Shown here: positions 13,420 to 22,950 of the stretch, one piece after another
Position numbering within the stretch: the stretch's first letter is position 1
How the letters are laid out: every line of letters starts with the position of its first letter
Source: an uncultured Gemmatimonadaceae bacterium
GTDB taxonomy: Bacteria > Gemmatimonadota > Gemmatimonadetes > Gemmatimonadales > Gemmatimonadaceae
Assembly: GCA_963829055.1 (NCBI GenBank)
Contig: CAWHHI010000005.1
Coordinates: 224,001-288,000 of the forward strand
Direction: 5' to 3'
DNA: 64,000 nucleotides
The notes under the pieces: generated by a model
Seen by the model: only the letters and a program-made list of their open reading frames with translations
Told to the model about the DNA's origin: nothing
Databases searched by the model: none
Program-made: the position numbers and the translations under genes

Positions 13420-14100
13420 GTGAACGATTCGCTTGCTGTACCCGCCCTGAGGGCATCGCTGCCGGAGGACGAGCGGGCTGACCTCATCATCGCCGCCGCA
13501 CTCGTCGCGTTCGGCGAGAACGGCTACGCCGAGACAAAGCTGGCCGACATCGCGCGGTGTGCCGGCGTGTCGACATCGACCGTGCGTCGGTACTTCCACT
13601 CGAAGGACGAAATCTTCCGCGAGGTTGTGCGGACGACCCTCCTCGGCAGCCTGAGAATGCGCGACGATGCCGCCGTTCCCGCTGATGAGGCTTCGGCGGC
13701 CGATGCCGTCCGGTCCCTCGCGCGACGCTACTGGGCCACGATGGAGCGGCCCGAATTGGCCACCATTTTACGCCTTACTATCGGAGAGCTGCCGCGGTTC
13801 CCGGAGCTCGCCGTGTTTCATGCGACGGAGGCGCTCGAGCGGTTCGTGCGCACGCTCGAGCGCATCATCGAGGGTGGAATAGCGCGCGGTGAGTTGCGTG
13901 CGGTCGACGCACGCGCCACCGCGCGAACGATCCTCGCCACGCTCGCCGCGCACGCGCTCTGGTTTGCCTATCCCGGGATCTACGCCGGCATCACCGGCAC
14001 CGATCGCGAACACGCGGTCGCGACGACGATCGAGACGCTGATTCAGACGCTCGGTCCAGTCGGCTCGGGAAAGCAGCCGGCCGCGTCACATGACGGTTGA
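13420..14100 (+). CDS. TetR/AcrR-family transcriptional regulator
   Basis: IIAAALVAFGENGYAETKLADIARCAGVSTSTVRRYFHSKDEIF; start uncertain (13369 or 13420). Confidence 0.88.
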   Translation: MNDSLAVPALRASLPEDERADLIIAAALVAFGENGYAETKLADIARCAGVSTSTVRRYFHSKDEIFREVVRTTLLGSLRMRDDAAVPADEASAADAVRSLARRYWATMERPELATILRLTIGELPRFPELAVFHATEALERFVRTLERIIEGGIARGELRAVDARATARTILATLAAHALWFAYPGIYAGITGTDREHAVATTIETLIQTLGPVGSGKQPAASHDG

Positions 14101-14338
14101 CTTCCTCTGCCTGACAATGAGCCATGACTGCCCGATATCTGCTCCTTCGCCGCTTCTTCCGCGGTCGCTTCAGTTGTCTTCACTCTCGGTGGGTGCCACG
14201 GTATCGACCGTCGCGGCGCCATGGACCGCGCGGGGACGGTGCCGTCCGCATCGTCGCGCGCCGTTAGGCGACGATGGCGCGCGCTCCATGAGCCTGCCAT
14301 GATACTCGCTCGGGCCGTCCCCTCTTTGCCCAGCGTTC

Positions 14339-16171
14339 ATGTCCTGGTCGTCATCGATATTCGTTGGCATTCTCACCGCCGTCGTCGGATTGTTCGTCAG
14401 CGCATACGTCGCCTACCTCGCCGTCGGCTGGTATCGCATTCCGAGCTTTGAAGCGGGATCGGCGGCGTTCACCGTCCTGTTGGCGATCGCGGGGCTCGTA
14501 GGCGGCTTTCTCATCGGACTCATAACGAGTCGAGTCATTGCCAGCGGCGCGGAACCGGGATTCTTCAAGGCGCTCGGCATCTCACAGGGTATCCTGCTCG
14601 GCGTCGTCGTCGTGGTTGGTGGCACTGCCCGCTTGCTGGCGGACGTACCGCCCGAGTTGAATGGCGAGGTGCTGATGCTCTCCGTAGAGGTGCGTTGGCC
14701 GGCCGGCCACACCGAGTCGCCGGCGACACTCCCGGGCGAGCCGTTCATACGCCTCGGATCAGTGACCCGCGCCTCGAACACGCAGCGCGCGTCGTCGCGT
14801 GGCCCGCTGTACACCCAGGACGCTCACCTCGTCGATGGACGATGGGTCGTGCCGGGGGCGGTCGACATCTTCACTACGCGTGGACGGTTCGTGCTCGATG
14901 TCGTGCTCGACTCGTCGACGAACCATGGGTTTCTCCTCCCCCTCTCCGGCGCGCCCGGCAAGAAGGACCTGGCGTGGACGGAGTGGTACCCGCACGCGCG
15001 GCCCGGCAGCCCGCCGCTGCCTAACGGGTTCACGTACCGCTACCGCGTGCAGCCGCGCAGCCAGCCGGTCCGCGTCGACACGGTCGGCCCCTTCGAGATC
15101 GCGACGATCGCCGGCTACTTCTTCGACCAGGAGATCGAGGGGAAGACGAGACTCGCCACGATGGCCGAGTTCACGATCAAGCACCGAGGGAAGCCGCTCT
15201 CGATCGAGGGCGAGGCGTCGACGTCGGAGAGCGGGACTGCCACACTGAGTCGCGCCGACGACATCGCGGCCGTTGCCGGACCGCAGCCGGCGCTGCTCAT
15301 GCACTTCGTCAACACGTCCAGCTCGGACGTGTGTTTTCTGATCACCGATCAGGCAGGCAGTATCCACTCCGAGGCGGTGCCCGATTGCGTCGGCGCGTTC
15401 AACGCATCGGTGCTCACATCGGACCTCGCGTCCTTCCGCCGCGGCGATGCTCGACGTGTTCCACGCGGGCAGGTCGACCGCGCGACGTTCGCGAACCCGG
15501 GGCTCTTCCTCGTGGGGCGCTCGATCGTCGACACGCGGCACCTCGCGATTCGCCGGTTCGATCTGCCGGAGGATTTTTCGCTCGTGCCCAGCGTGCCGCC
15601 GCTCGGTGTCTCACCCGATGACCGTAGCTTCGCGCGATTCGGCTATGCGCAGCACTCCGACACGAACCCGGTGATCCTCGTGACGGATGTCGTCGCGAAC
15701 GGCACGTACATGCTGCCGATCGACCGTCCGCGCATGCACTTCGCGAATCTCGACGCGCTCGATCCGGCGTGGCTGCTTCACCACTTCGTGTGGCAACATG
15801 TCGCGAATGGCGCGGACTCGCTCGTCGAGCGACCTGGCTTCGTTCCGATTCCCTATCACGGCCGCGTGTACGAGAGCGCCGGGTATCGCTCGTACAAGCT
15901 GGAGCCCGCCAGCGAAGGCCTGCGCACGGCACTCATTGATTTTCTCGTCGCCGAGATGAAAGCCGAGCGCATGCCGGTTGACTCGGGCGCGTACGAATAC
16001 CCGATTACGATCGACGGTCAGACGGTAGACATCGGGTACAGCTCGAGCCCAGGCTACGTGTCAGCGACGCTCAAGAGCGATTCGACCGACATCGAGCTGC
16101 TGAGGACGATCGCCCGCCGGTTCGACGCCGCGCTGGCGACGGGCAAGTACGACGCCCTGTTCGGCAAGTGA
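14339..16171 (+). CDS. Hypothetical membrane protein (3 N-terminal TM helices, large beta-rich domain)
   Basis: 610-aa ORF with GC-rich codon style and a hydrophobic N-terminus; no family recognised. Confidence 0.75.
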   Translation: MSWSSSIFVGILTAVVGLFVSAYVAYLAVGWYRIPSFEAGSAAFTVLLAIAGLVGGFLIGLITSRVIASGAEPGFFKALGISQGILLGVVVVVGGTARLLADVPPELNGEVLMLSVEVRWPAGHTESPATLPGEPFIRLGSVTRASNTQRASSRGPLYTQDAHLVDGRWVVPGAVDIFTTRGRFVLDVVLDSSTNHGFLLPLSGAPGKKDLAWTEWYPHARPGSPPLPNGFTYRYRVQPRSQPVRVDTVGPFEIATIAGYFFDQEIEGKTRLATMAEFTIKHRGKPLSIEGEASTSESGTATLSRADDIAAVAGPQPALLMHFVNTSSSDVCFLITDQAGSIHSEAVPDCVGAFNASVLTSDLASFRRGDARRVPRGQVDRATFANPGLFLVGRSIVDTRHLAIRRFDLPEDFSLVPSVPPLGVSPDDRSFARFGYAQHSDTNPVILVTDVVANGTYMLPIDRPRMHFANLDALDPAWLLHHFVWQHVANGADSLVERPGFVPIPYHGRVYESAGYRSYKLEPASEGLRTALIDFLVAEMKAERMPVDSGAYEYPITIDGQTVDIGYSSSPGYVSATLKSDSTDIELLRTIARRFDAALATGKYDALFGK

Positions 16172-16210
16172 CGCCTAACGTGGCCGCACGCGAGTCCCGA
16201 GAGGCCAGTG

Positions 16211-17530
16211 ATGTGGAATCCCGCTGTAGAGACAATGCCGCGATCCGGGCTCCGAGAGCTCCAACTCGATCGCCTGCGCTGGAGCGTGCGGTGGGCGTAT
16301 GACCGCGTTCCATTTCACAAGCGGCGCCTCGACGCGGCGCGCGTTGCACCGGACGAGATCCGCTCGCTCGACGATCTGCGCCGCCTCCCGTTCATGGTCA
16401 AGGCGGACCTTCGCGACAACTATCCCACAGGGTTATTCGCGGTTCCTCACGAAGAGATCGTCCGCATCCACGCATCGAGCGGCACGAAGGGAAAGCCCAC
16501 GATCGTCGGGTACACGCGCGAGGACATCGAGACGTGGGCGGAAGTGTGTGCGCGCTCGCTCGCCTGCGGCGGCGCGGACGATCGCAGCGTCATTCACATC
16601 GCCTACGGCTACGGCCTGTTCACCGGCGGACTCGGCATCCATTTCGGCTCGGAGCGACTCGGCGCGCTCACGGTGCCGGCGTCCGGCGGCAACACGCTCC
16701 GTCAGCTCACGCTCATGCAGGACCTCGCCGCCACGGTCCTCTGCTGCACGCCGAGCTACGCGCTCAACATCGCCGAGACAATGCGTGAGCGCGGCATCGA
16801 GCGCTCGTCGCTCGCGCTCACGGTCGGCGTGTTCGGGGCCGAGCCGTGGACCGTCGGCATGCGGGAGGAGATCGAGCGCGCGTTAGGCCTCAGGGCGCTC
16901 GACATCTACGGTCTGAGCGAGGTGATGGGACCGGGTGTTTCGATGGAGTCGGCCGACGATCGCGACGGGTTGTTCATCTGGGAGGACCACTTCTACCCTG
17001 AAGTGATCGACCCGGCCTCGGGCGAAGTGCTGCCCTATGGCGACGAGGGAGAGCTGGTGTTCACGACGCTCACCAAGCGCGCATTCCCCGTGCTGCGTTA
17101 TCGAACGGGCGACATCTGCGCGCTCTTCGCCGAGCCGAGTCGCAGTGGGCGGACCATGGTGCGCATGACGAAGGTGAAGGGGCGGACGGACGACATGCTC
17201 ATCGTGCGCGGCGTGAACGTGTTTCCGAGCGAGATCGAGCGCGTGGTGCTGGAGCAGCGCGAGCTCGCGCCGCACTACCAGATTCTCCTGTCGCGTGACG
17301 GCGCGCTCGACCAGCTCGCCGTACACGCCGAGCTCGACGCGGTGGTGTGGGAATCGTTAGGTGCGACCGTCGACTGCGATGGCGCGCGCCACCTGGCCGG
17401 CCGCCTCCGTGACGAGCTGGCGAACGTGCTGGCGATCACCGCTGACGTGGTGCTGCGTCCGCCAGGTGGTATTCCCCGGAGCGAGGGCAAGGCCGTGCGG
17501 GTGGTTGATCGCCGCACCAGCCCGGCATAG
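16211..17530 (+). CDS. paaK: Phenylacetate-CoA ligase
   Basis: RIHASSGTKGKP, YGYGLFTGGLG, CTPSY, GAEPW, DIYGLSE, RYRTGD, GRTDDMLIVRGVNVFPS, EGKAVRVVDRR. Confidence 0.92.
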   Translation: MWNPAVETMPRSGLRELQLDRLRWSVRWAYDRVPFHKRRLDAARVAPDEIRSLDDLRRLPFMVKADLRDNYPTGLFAVPHEEIVRIHASSGTKGKPTIVGYTREDIETWAEVCARSLACGGADDRSVIHIAYGYGLFTGGLGIHFGSERLGALTVPASGGNTLRQLTLMQDLAATVLCCTPSYALNIAETMRERGIERSSLALTVGVFGAEPWTVGMREEIERALGLRALDIYGLSEVMGPGVSMESADDRDGLFIWEDHFYPEVIDPASGEVLPYGDEGELVFTTLTKRAFPVLRYRTGDICALFAEPSRSGRTMVRMTKVKGRTDDMLIVRGVNVFPSEIERVVLEQRELAPHYQILLSRDGALDQLAVHAELDAVVWESLGATVDCDGARHLAGRLRDELANVLAITADVVLRPPGGIPRSEGKAVRVVDRRTSPA

Positions 17531-17720
17531 ATCACTCCGGCAAGCAGCGAGAGCGACATGCCACCGATGGCGGTCGCGATGAGGCGCGCGCGGGGTATGA
17601 CGGGCGGAAGAGCGAGTCGTCTGGGTCTCGTCAGGGGCGGACCTAACGATTGACGCGAGGCTCGCCGCCGGCAGAATGTTATCGTAGACTGGAACCGGCT
17701 CTCAGACCCGGAGGCTCATC

Positions 17721-18758
17721 ATGCGCTCCTCTGCAATCGCTCTCACCGCCGCGCTATTCGCGCCTGGCGTTCTCGCTGCTCAATCGAAGGCGGCGTCTTC
17801 GACGACCCTCGCCCAGTTCGACCCCAAGGAGTGGGCGGTACCGTTCGGCGCCGAGACGCGACCCAGGGACCCGTATGCGGACGGGCAGGGTCGGGTGTGG
17901 TTCGTGGGCCAGAACGGCAATTACGTCGCGTACCTCGACAACAAGACGGGCGACTTCAAGCGCTACGAGATCGCGCCGGGTACCAACCCGCACAATCTCG
18001 TGGTCGAGAAGGGGATGGTCTGGTTCACGGGCAACCGGAACAACCGGATCGTCAAGCTGGACCCCGCGACGGGAAAGCTGACGACGTACATGATCCCGGA
18101 CACCACGGTCCGCGATCCGCACACCATGACGTTCGATCCGAAGACCGGGGTCGCCTGGTTCACGGCCCAGGGCGCGGGTACCGTGGGTCGGTTCGAGCCC
18201 ACGACTGGCAAGTTCCGACTCTGGAAGACCGGCCCTGGCAGTCGCCCGTACGGAATCGTCCTGGATTCAAAGGGGCAGCCGTGGTTCGATCTCTTTGGCA
18301 CGAACAAGATCGGGACGGTCGACCCGCAGACGCTCGAGCTCAAGTCGTACCCACTGCCGAACGATTCCACTCGTCCACGTCGCATCGCGATCACGTCGGA
18401 CGACCGGATTTTCTACGGCGACTATACGCGTGGGTATCTCGGCCACCTCGACCCGAAGACCGGTAAGACGGAGGAGTGGCGCCTTCCGCTCGGCCCGCGC
18501 GCGCTTCCGTACGCGATGACCACGGATGATCGCGACAACATCTGGATCGCGCAGAACGGGTATCCGGGAATCCCGTCGACGTTGGTGGCGTTCGATCCGA
18601 AGACGAACAAGTTCGTCGCCGAGGTGCCGGTGGGGAAACCAGAGAACAACACGATCCGGCACATGACGTTCGACAAGACGACGCGGCAGATCTGGTTCGG
18701 TACGGATCAGGGCGCGATCGGTAAGATTGCGGTCCCGCGTGTCGCCTTCGTACCCTGA
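17721..18758 (+). CDS. Secreted Vgb (virginiamycin B lyase)-like beta-propeller
   Basis: Signal peptide, repeated G.VWF(T/V)...N.I..LDP.TG blades, PH motifs; RBS GGAGG. Confidence 0.82.
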   Translation: MRSSAIALTAALFAPGVLAAQSKAASSTTLAQFDPKEWAVPFGAETRPRDPYADGQGRVWFVGQNGNYVAYLDNKTGDFKRYEIAPGTNPHNLVVEKGMVWFTGNRNNRIVKLDPATGKLTTYMIPDTTVRDPHTMTFDPKTGVAWFTAQGAGTVGRFEPTTGKFRLWKTGPGSRPYGIVLDSKGQPWFDLFGTNKIGTVDPQTLELKSYPLPNDSTRPRRIAITSDDRIFYGDYTRGYLGHLDPKTGKTEEWRLPLGPRALPYAMTTDDRDNIWIAQNGYPGIPSTLVAFDPKTNKFVAEVPVGKPENNTIRHMTFDKTTRQIWFGTDQGAIGKIAVPRVAFVP

Positions 18759-19027
18759 CGAGGCCTTAGGAAGGGGGCCTAGGAAGGAGGACGGCGGCGG
18801 GCGGACGGCGGAGGGCGGGAGAGCGTGGACCCGAGAAGCGTGTCATCCCGAGCGGAGGATTGCTGAGCGGCAGCTAGACTGCCAGAGTCCTCGCGGAGGC
18901 TGCCACTCGATAACGCCGCTCGGATGGCAAATTGTGGATAACTGCCGAGTTGGCCACCAAACGCATGATTGCTGTGTCTGCCATAAAACTTGGCAGATCA
19001 GCAGTTATAGACTAGCCAGCCCCAGCG

Positions 19028-19654
19028 CTACCTACCCCGCTTCGCGCGGTCGAGCTTTGGTGGGCGTTTGCCTCGCCGGAGGGCACCGGCTACCGGGATG
19101 TAGTCGAGCTCGCGGCCCTCGCGTGCACTCCGGAGCAGCAGTCCCCCGCGACTCATGTCGCCGCGGCCGACGAAGTCGGTTGGAAAGAGGAGTCGTGGGC
19201 CCAGTGCGTCGAGCAGGGCGTCCACGTATTTGCCCGTCGCGATGCTCCCGAGCAGAACCACGGTGTCTTCGTCCGACAGGGCGGACGCGAGAGTCGCGAC
19301 GTCGCGCGTGAGTGGGCCGATGTAGCGCTCGTCGCCCGCGGCGATGTCGACCTCACTGAAGCGCTGGAGATCTTCGGCACGAATGCGAGTCTCCGGTGGG
19401 GCGAGCCCGCGGTCCGCGGTGATCACGAGGATCCTCGGTACCGAGTCAGCGGCCGAGGCGAAGGCGCGGGCGTAGGTGAGCTTGCCCCGGAAATAGAGCC
19501 CGCTCAGGAAGCTGAAGACCTCGCCCAGCTCTGCCCCGTCGGGCTCGCGTAGCCTAACGGCCAGTGAGAACTGGGCACGGGGGTTCAGCAGGAGCTGCGC
19601 GCGCCGGCCGTCCGAGCGTGCCGGAGAGAGAAGGAACACCGGCGATCGAGCCAC
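19028..19654 (-). CDS. Hypothetical protein
   Basis: FLLSPA...GEVFSFLSGLYFRGKLTYA...VVLLGSIATGKY...FPTDFVGRGDMSRGGLLLR; probable GTG start at 19654 (ORF open to 19723). Confidence 0.75.
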   Translation of the reverse strand: MARSPVFLLSPARSDGRRAQLLLNPRAQFSLAVRLREPDGAELGEVFSFLSGLYFRGKLTYARAFASAADSVPRILVITADRGLAPPETRIRAEDLQRFSEVDIAAGDERYIGPLTRDVATLASALSDEDTVVLLGSIATGKYVDALLDALGPRLLFPTDFVGRGDMSRGGLLLRSAREGRELDYIPVAGALRRGKRPPKLDRAKRGR

Positions 19655-19726
19655 GAACGCGGAGTCGTGCAAGTCGCATGCGACGTGTGGTGATCGGAGG
19701 TGTTCGCGCGTGTCTGGATGCACAAA

Positions 19727-19751
19727 CGGCCGCGCCCCAGGGGCGCGGCCG
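19727..19751 (-). terminator. Intrinsic terminator after doxX
   Basis: CGGCCGCGCCCC-N-GGGGCGCGGCCG followed by TTTGT on the minus strand. Confidence 0.55.
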
Positions 19752-19783
19752 CATGCATCGAGCAGTGGAGACGTCCGGAGTCG

Positions 19784-20269
19784 TTAGGCGACGCGGCGCT
19801 GTCTCGAGCGCTCCGCCTCCGCTTCAGGCAGCGTTCCGGCAGTCGCCGGACTGCGGCCCGCGAGCACGCTGTCGATCGAGAACCGGCCGGCGCCAGCCGC
19901 GACGAGCGCGGCGCTCGTGGCGAGGAGCAGGAGGGCGAACTCGTATCCCTGCGGCATGAAGAAGCCGTTCTTCAGATGCACCAGGAGAATGGCGCCGAGC
20001 ATGTCGAAGGCCAGCCCGAGCGAGACGAGGCGCGTGAGCAGTCCGATGACGAGCGCGATACCGCCGAAGAATTCGAGCAGGGCGATGAACGGGCCCATCA
20101 CACCAGGCATGGGCACTCCCATCTGACCGAAGGCTCCAGAGACGCCGGCGAATCCGTAGACGAACAACTTCTGTGCGCCGTGGGCGATGAAGATGGCGCC
20201 GGTGACAATGCGCAGCAGTGTGAGTGCGATACTCGCCTGGCGCTCGGTCGTGGTGCGGAAGATCGACAT
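19784..20269 (-). CDS. DoxX-family membrane protein
   Basis: [49 protein letters not shown]. Confidence 0.92.
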   Translation of the reverse strand: MSIFRTTTERQASIALTLLRIVTGAIFIAHGAQKLFVYGFAGVSGAFGQMGVPMPGVMGPFIALLEFFGGIALVIGLLTRLVSLGLAFDMLGAILLVHLKNGFFMPQGYEFALLLLATSAALVAAGAGRFSIDSVLAGRSPATAGTLPEAEAERSRQRRVA

Positions 20270-20333
20270 GGTTAACTCCGTCGGGGTGGGGGAAGCGATC
20301 TATGGTTCGGGTCGATATAAGCGTCATACGGTC

Positions 20334-20349
20334 GAGTGTGATAACACTC
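20334..20349. promoter_or_regulatory. Probable MarR operator upstream of doxX
   Basis: GAGTGTGATAACACTC dyad, same core as 20846-20865. Confidence 0.55.
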
Positions 20350-20368
20350 ATTTATGCAAAAAAAGAGC

Positions 20369-20836
20369 TCATTCGTTCTGTCGCACGATGGTCAGGAGCT
20401 CGATCAACGTTCGAAGCTGCGATTCGTCCAGCGATTTGAACCGGCGTTTGTGCTCGTCCTTCATGGCGACATCGACGTCTGACAGAATCTTCAATCCCGC
20501 TGCCGTGATCCGGGTTCGTACCATTCGACGATCCTCGCTCTCACGGGCCCGAGCGACCAGACCGACCTCTTCCATGCGGTCGAGCAACCGTGTCATGTCC
20601 GGCATCCGCGTCAGCATTCGATCCCGAAGCTCATTCCGGCACAGTCCCACCGGCTCGGCCCCGCGGAGTATGCGTAACACGTTGTACTGGGTTGCTGTTA
20701 CGCCGTAGGGCTTGAGAAACTGCTCGATCTCGTCGGTCAACAGCGAGCTCGTCCTCAGGATATTGAGCTGCGCTTCCTGCTCGAGACTCTCGAATGGCTT
20801 GTTCTGCTTGATTTCGTCGCGGAGTGTCGTGAGCAT
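20369..20836 (-). CDS. MarR-family transcriptional regulator
   Basis: LKPYGVTATQYNVLRILRG...PDMTRLLDRME..GLV.R....DRR....IT..G. Confidence 0.93.
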   Translation of the reverse strand: MLTTLRDEIKQNKPFESLEQEAQLNILRTSSLLTDEIEQFLKPYGVTATQYNVLRILRGAEPVGLCRNELRDRMLTRMPDMTRLLDRMEEVGLVARARESEDRRMVRTRITAAGLKILSDVDVAMKDEHKRRFKSLDESQLRTLIELLTIVRQNE

Positions 20837-20842
20837 GGAGTC

Positions 20843-20870
20843 AATATAGGTGTTATGACACCTATGTCAA
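20843..20870 (-). promoter_or_regulatory. marR promoter with embedded operator (probably leaderless)
   Basis: TTGACA-N16-TATATT, ATG 6 nt downstream; dyad ATAGGTGTTATGACACCTAT at 20846-20865. Confidence 0.62.
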
Positions 20871-20925
20871 TAGCTCAATTCCTCCGCCGCGCGGAAATGC
20901 CCGGCCCATGCGCCGGGCGGGACTG

Positions 20926-21990
20926 TTAGTTGGTGGCAGCCGCCGTTTTGCGGGCCAGATCCGAGAACCCGATCAGACGCTCCTCGTCCTCGTCCCACAA
21001 CGACAGGCGGAGCGTGCGCGCACTCTCCGCGATCGTCAGCACGGTGACATCGTGGAAGAGGGCGTTCTCGTCATGGCAGCGCTTGAGCCGATAGTTCGGC
21101 ACGCGCGGTCCGAGATGATGCACGTGATGCAGTCCGATGCTCCCGGTCATCCACCGCAACACCGCCGGAAGCTTGAAATACGAGCTGCCGCGAATGGCCG
21201 CCGTGGCGTAGTCCCAGTCCTCGTGGTCCTTCCAGTACGCATCCTCGAACTGGTGCTGGACGTAGAACAGCCACACACCCGCAACCGCAGCCAGGTACAT
21301 CGCCGGCAGGTAGACCAGCAATACCGCGCTGACTCCGAGCCACATCGCGAAGCCCACGAACCCGGCGGCGATGGCCGCGTTCGTCACCCACACGTTCGAC
21401 GTCGTCCGGTCGCGCACCCCGTTTTCGGTACCCGGGAAGCGCTGGAGAACGATCATGTGTAGCGGGCCGAGTCCGATGAGCACCGCTGGGTGCCGATACA
21501 ACCGGTAGCGGAACTGGCCCCATGGGGTCCGCGCGAGGTATTCGCGCACGGTGAGCGTCGGGATGTCGCCGTGCCCGCGACGATCGAGGTCGCCGGATGA
21601 CGCGTGATGCTTGGCGTGATCGCGCCGCCAACGGCTGAACGGCGTCATCGTGATGACACCGGTGACCAGTCCGACCGCATCGTTCACGCGCGGCCACTTG
21701 AGAAACGACCGGTGCGCGCAGTCGTGCATGATGATGAACGTGCGCACGAGAAAGCCGGCGGTCGGGATGGCGAGCAAGAGCGTCACCCAGTACGGCAGCG
21801 CCAGCGAGCGGTACATGAGGTAGAACGCCAGGCAGAGCGGCCCGATGGTCGTCACGACCTGTGCGATCGCTCGAAATGTGTTCGCCTGCTCGTAGCGCGC
21901 GACAATGGCCTGCCACTCGGCGCGCGGAGCGATCGATGCGACGGCCGGCCGCTGAGGCCCAGCGACGGTGTTCGTTTGAATCTGAGTCAT
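20926..21990 (-). CDS. des: Membrane-bound fatty acid desaturase (Bacillus Des-like)
   Basis: His boxes HDCAH, HAKHH, HHVHH plus WLFYVQHQFE and VPNYRL; likely start MTQIQTN. Confidence 0.9.
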   Translation of the reverse strand: MTQIQTNTVAGPQRPAVASIAPRAEWQAIVARYEQANTFRAIAQVVTTIGPLCLAFYLMYRSLALPYWVTLLLAIPTAGFLVRTFIIMHDCAHRSFLKWPRVNDAVGLVTGVITMTPFSRWRRDHAKHHASSGDLDRRGHGDIPTLTVREYLARTPWGQFRYRLYRHPAVLIGLGPLHMIVLQRFPGTENGVRDRTTSNVWVTNAAIAAGFVGFAMWLGVSAVLLVYLPAMYLAAVAGVWLFYVQHQFEDAYWKDHEDWDYATAAIRGSSYFKLPAVLRWMTGSIGLHHVHHLGPRVPNYRLKRCHDENALFHDVTVLTIAESARTLRLSLWDEDEERLIGFSDLARKTAAATN

Positions 21991-22160
21991 GGCGTCGACA
22001 TCGTCGCGAGAGTGGAACGGAATGCCCTGTGCCAACCAGCGAGGGCGCTGCATACGCGAAATCGGGCGACTGAAGCCGCACCGAACGCCTAACGGGCCGT
22101 CCGCCGCGACATTGGAGGACCCTCACCAGATGCCAGGCGCGGACAGGCAGGGAGAAAAAA

Positions 22161-22211
22161 ATACTAACATCTCGTATTACTATTGTCAAAAGTAATCATA
22201 CGTCGGATAAT
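22161..22211. promoter_or_regulatory. Back-to-back sigma70 promoters sharing one -35 region, with a dyad operator
   Basis: Minus: TTGACA(22189-22184)-N17-TAGTAT with extended TG; plus: TTGTCA(22183-22188)-N17-GATAAT; ATTACT-N9-AGTAAT at 22176-22196. Confidence 0.62.
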
Positions 22212-22251
22212 TAGACTCCACGTAACCAGGTGGCCCTCCCTGACCGCAGCC

Positions 22252-22479
22252 GTGATTCGCTTTCAACTTTCCTCTGTCCTCAAACAGAGAGGCTGGACCC
22301 CATACCGCCTGTCGCAGGAAACGGGGCTCACCGTTCCCACCGCGTACCGGTTAGCCGACCCCGATATGGAGTTCGGGCGGTTCACCGCGGACACGCTCGA
22401 CCGCCTGTGCGCCGCGCTGGAAGTGCAGCCAGGGCAGTTGCTGGAGTGGGTTCCGGACAAGAAGCGGCGGCGGCCGTAA
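22252..22479 (+). CDS. Small Xre/Cro-C1 (YozG-like) HTH regulator
   Basis: VIRFQLSSVLKQRGWTPYRLSQETGL...TLDRLCAALEVQPGQLLEW. Confidence 0.85.
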   Translation: MIRFQLSSVLKQRGWTPYRLSQETGLTVPTAYRLADPDMEFGRFTADTLDRLCAALEVQPGQLLEWVPDKKRRRP

Positions 22480-22619
22480 CGGCCGTAACCGCAAGCATTG
22501 CATGACGTTCATCGGATGCATTGACCGCCTGGATGATATCTTGCCACTGTCGGCAACACCGGGGCAAGAACCGGCAGCACCACGGTGATTTTCAGGCATC
22601 CCGTTCACGGAGACCCGAC

Positions 22620-22898
22620 ATGGATCATGCGCCAGCACTCGACACGCTCGAACGCCTGTACGTCAGACGCGAGTCGCTCGTGAACGGCGACTCTCATGGC
22701 GCCGGATGGAGTGCCCACGCAGCGATCCTCGACCGCCTCGCCGCCAACCAGCGCGTCGCGCGCTCCATCGGCTGGACTTCGTGCGCCATCGAGCGGATGG
22801 GCGGCGCCGGGCGCTTCCGCGCCTGGGGCGTTCCCCCGGGCGCGAGCAAGCGGCGTCAGATCCCCGACTGGTCCGTGGAATCCGAGCGGTCCGTCTGA
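22620..22898 (+). CDS. Small hypothetical protein
   Basis: RBS GGAG before ATG; MDHAPALDTLERLYVRRE...; intergenic position. Confidence 0.55.
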   Translation: MDHAPALDTLERLYVRRESLVNGDSHGAGWSAHAAILDRLAANQRVARSIGWTSCAIERMGGAGRFRAWGVPPGASKRRQIPDWSVESERSV

Positions 22899-22950
22899 CG
22901 CCGGGCCGACTCAGCCTAACGCTGCCTAACGGCCACGGGCACCCACGCCC

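Noticed and set aside
22019..22034. TGGCACAGGGCATTCC (minus strand) as a sigma54 promoter for the desaturase
   Set aside because: It lacks the -12 GC and has no UAS; a good sigma70 promoter lies upstream.
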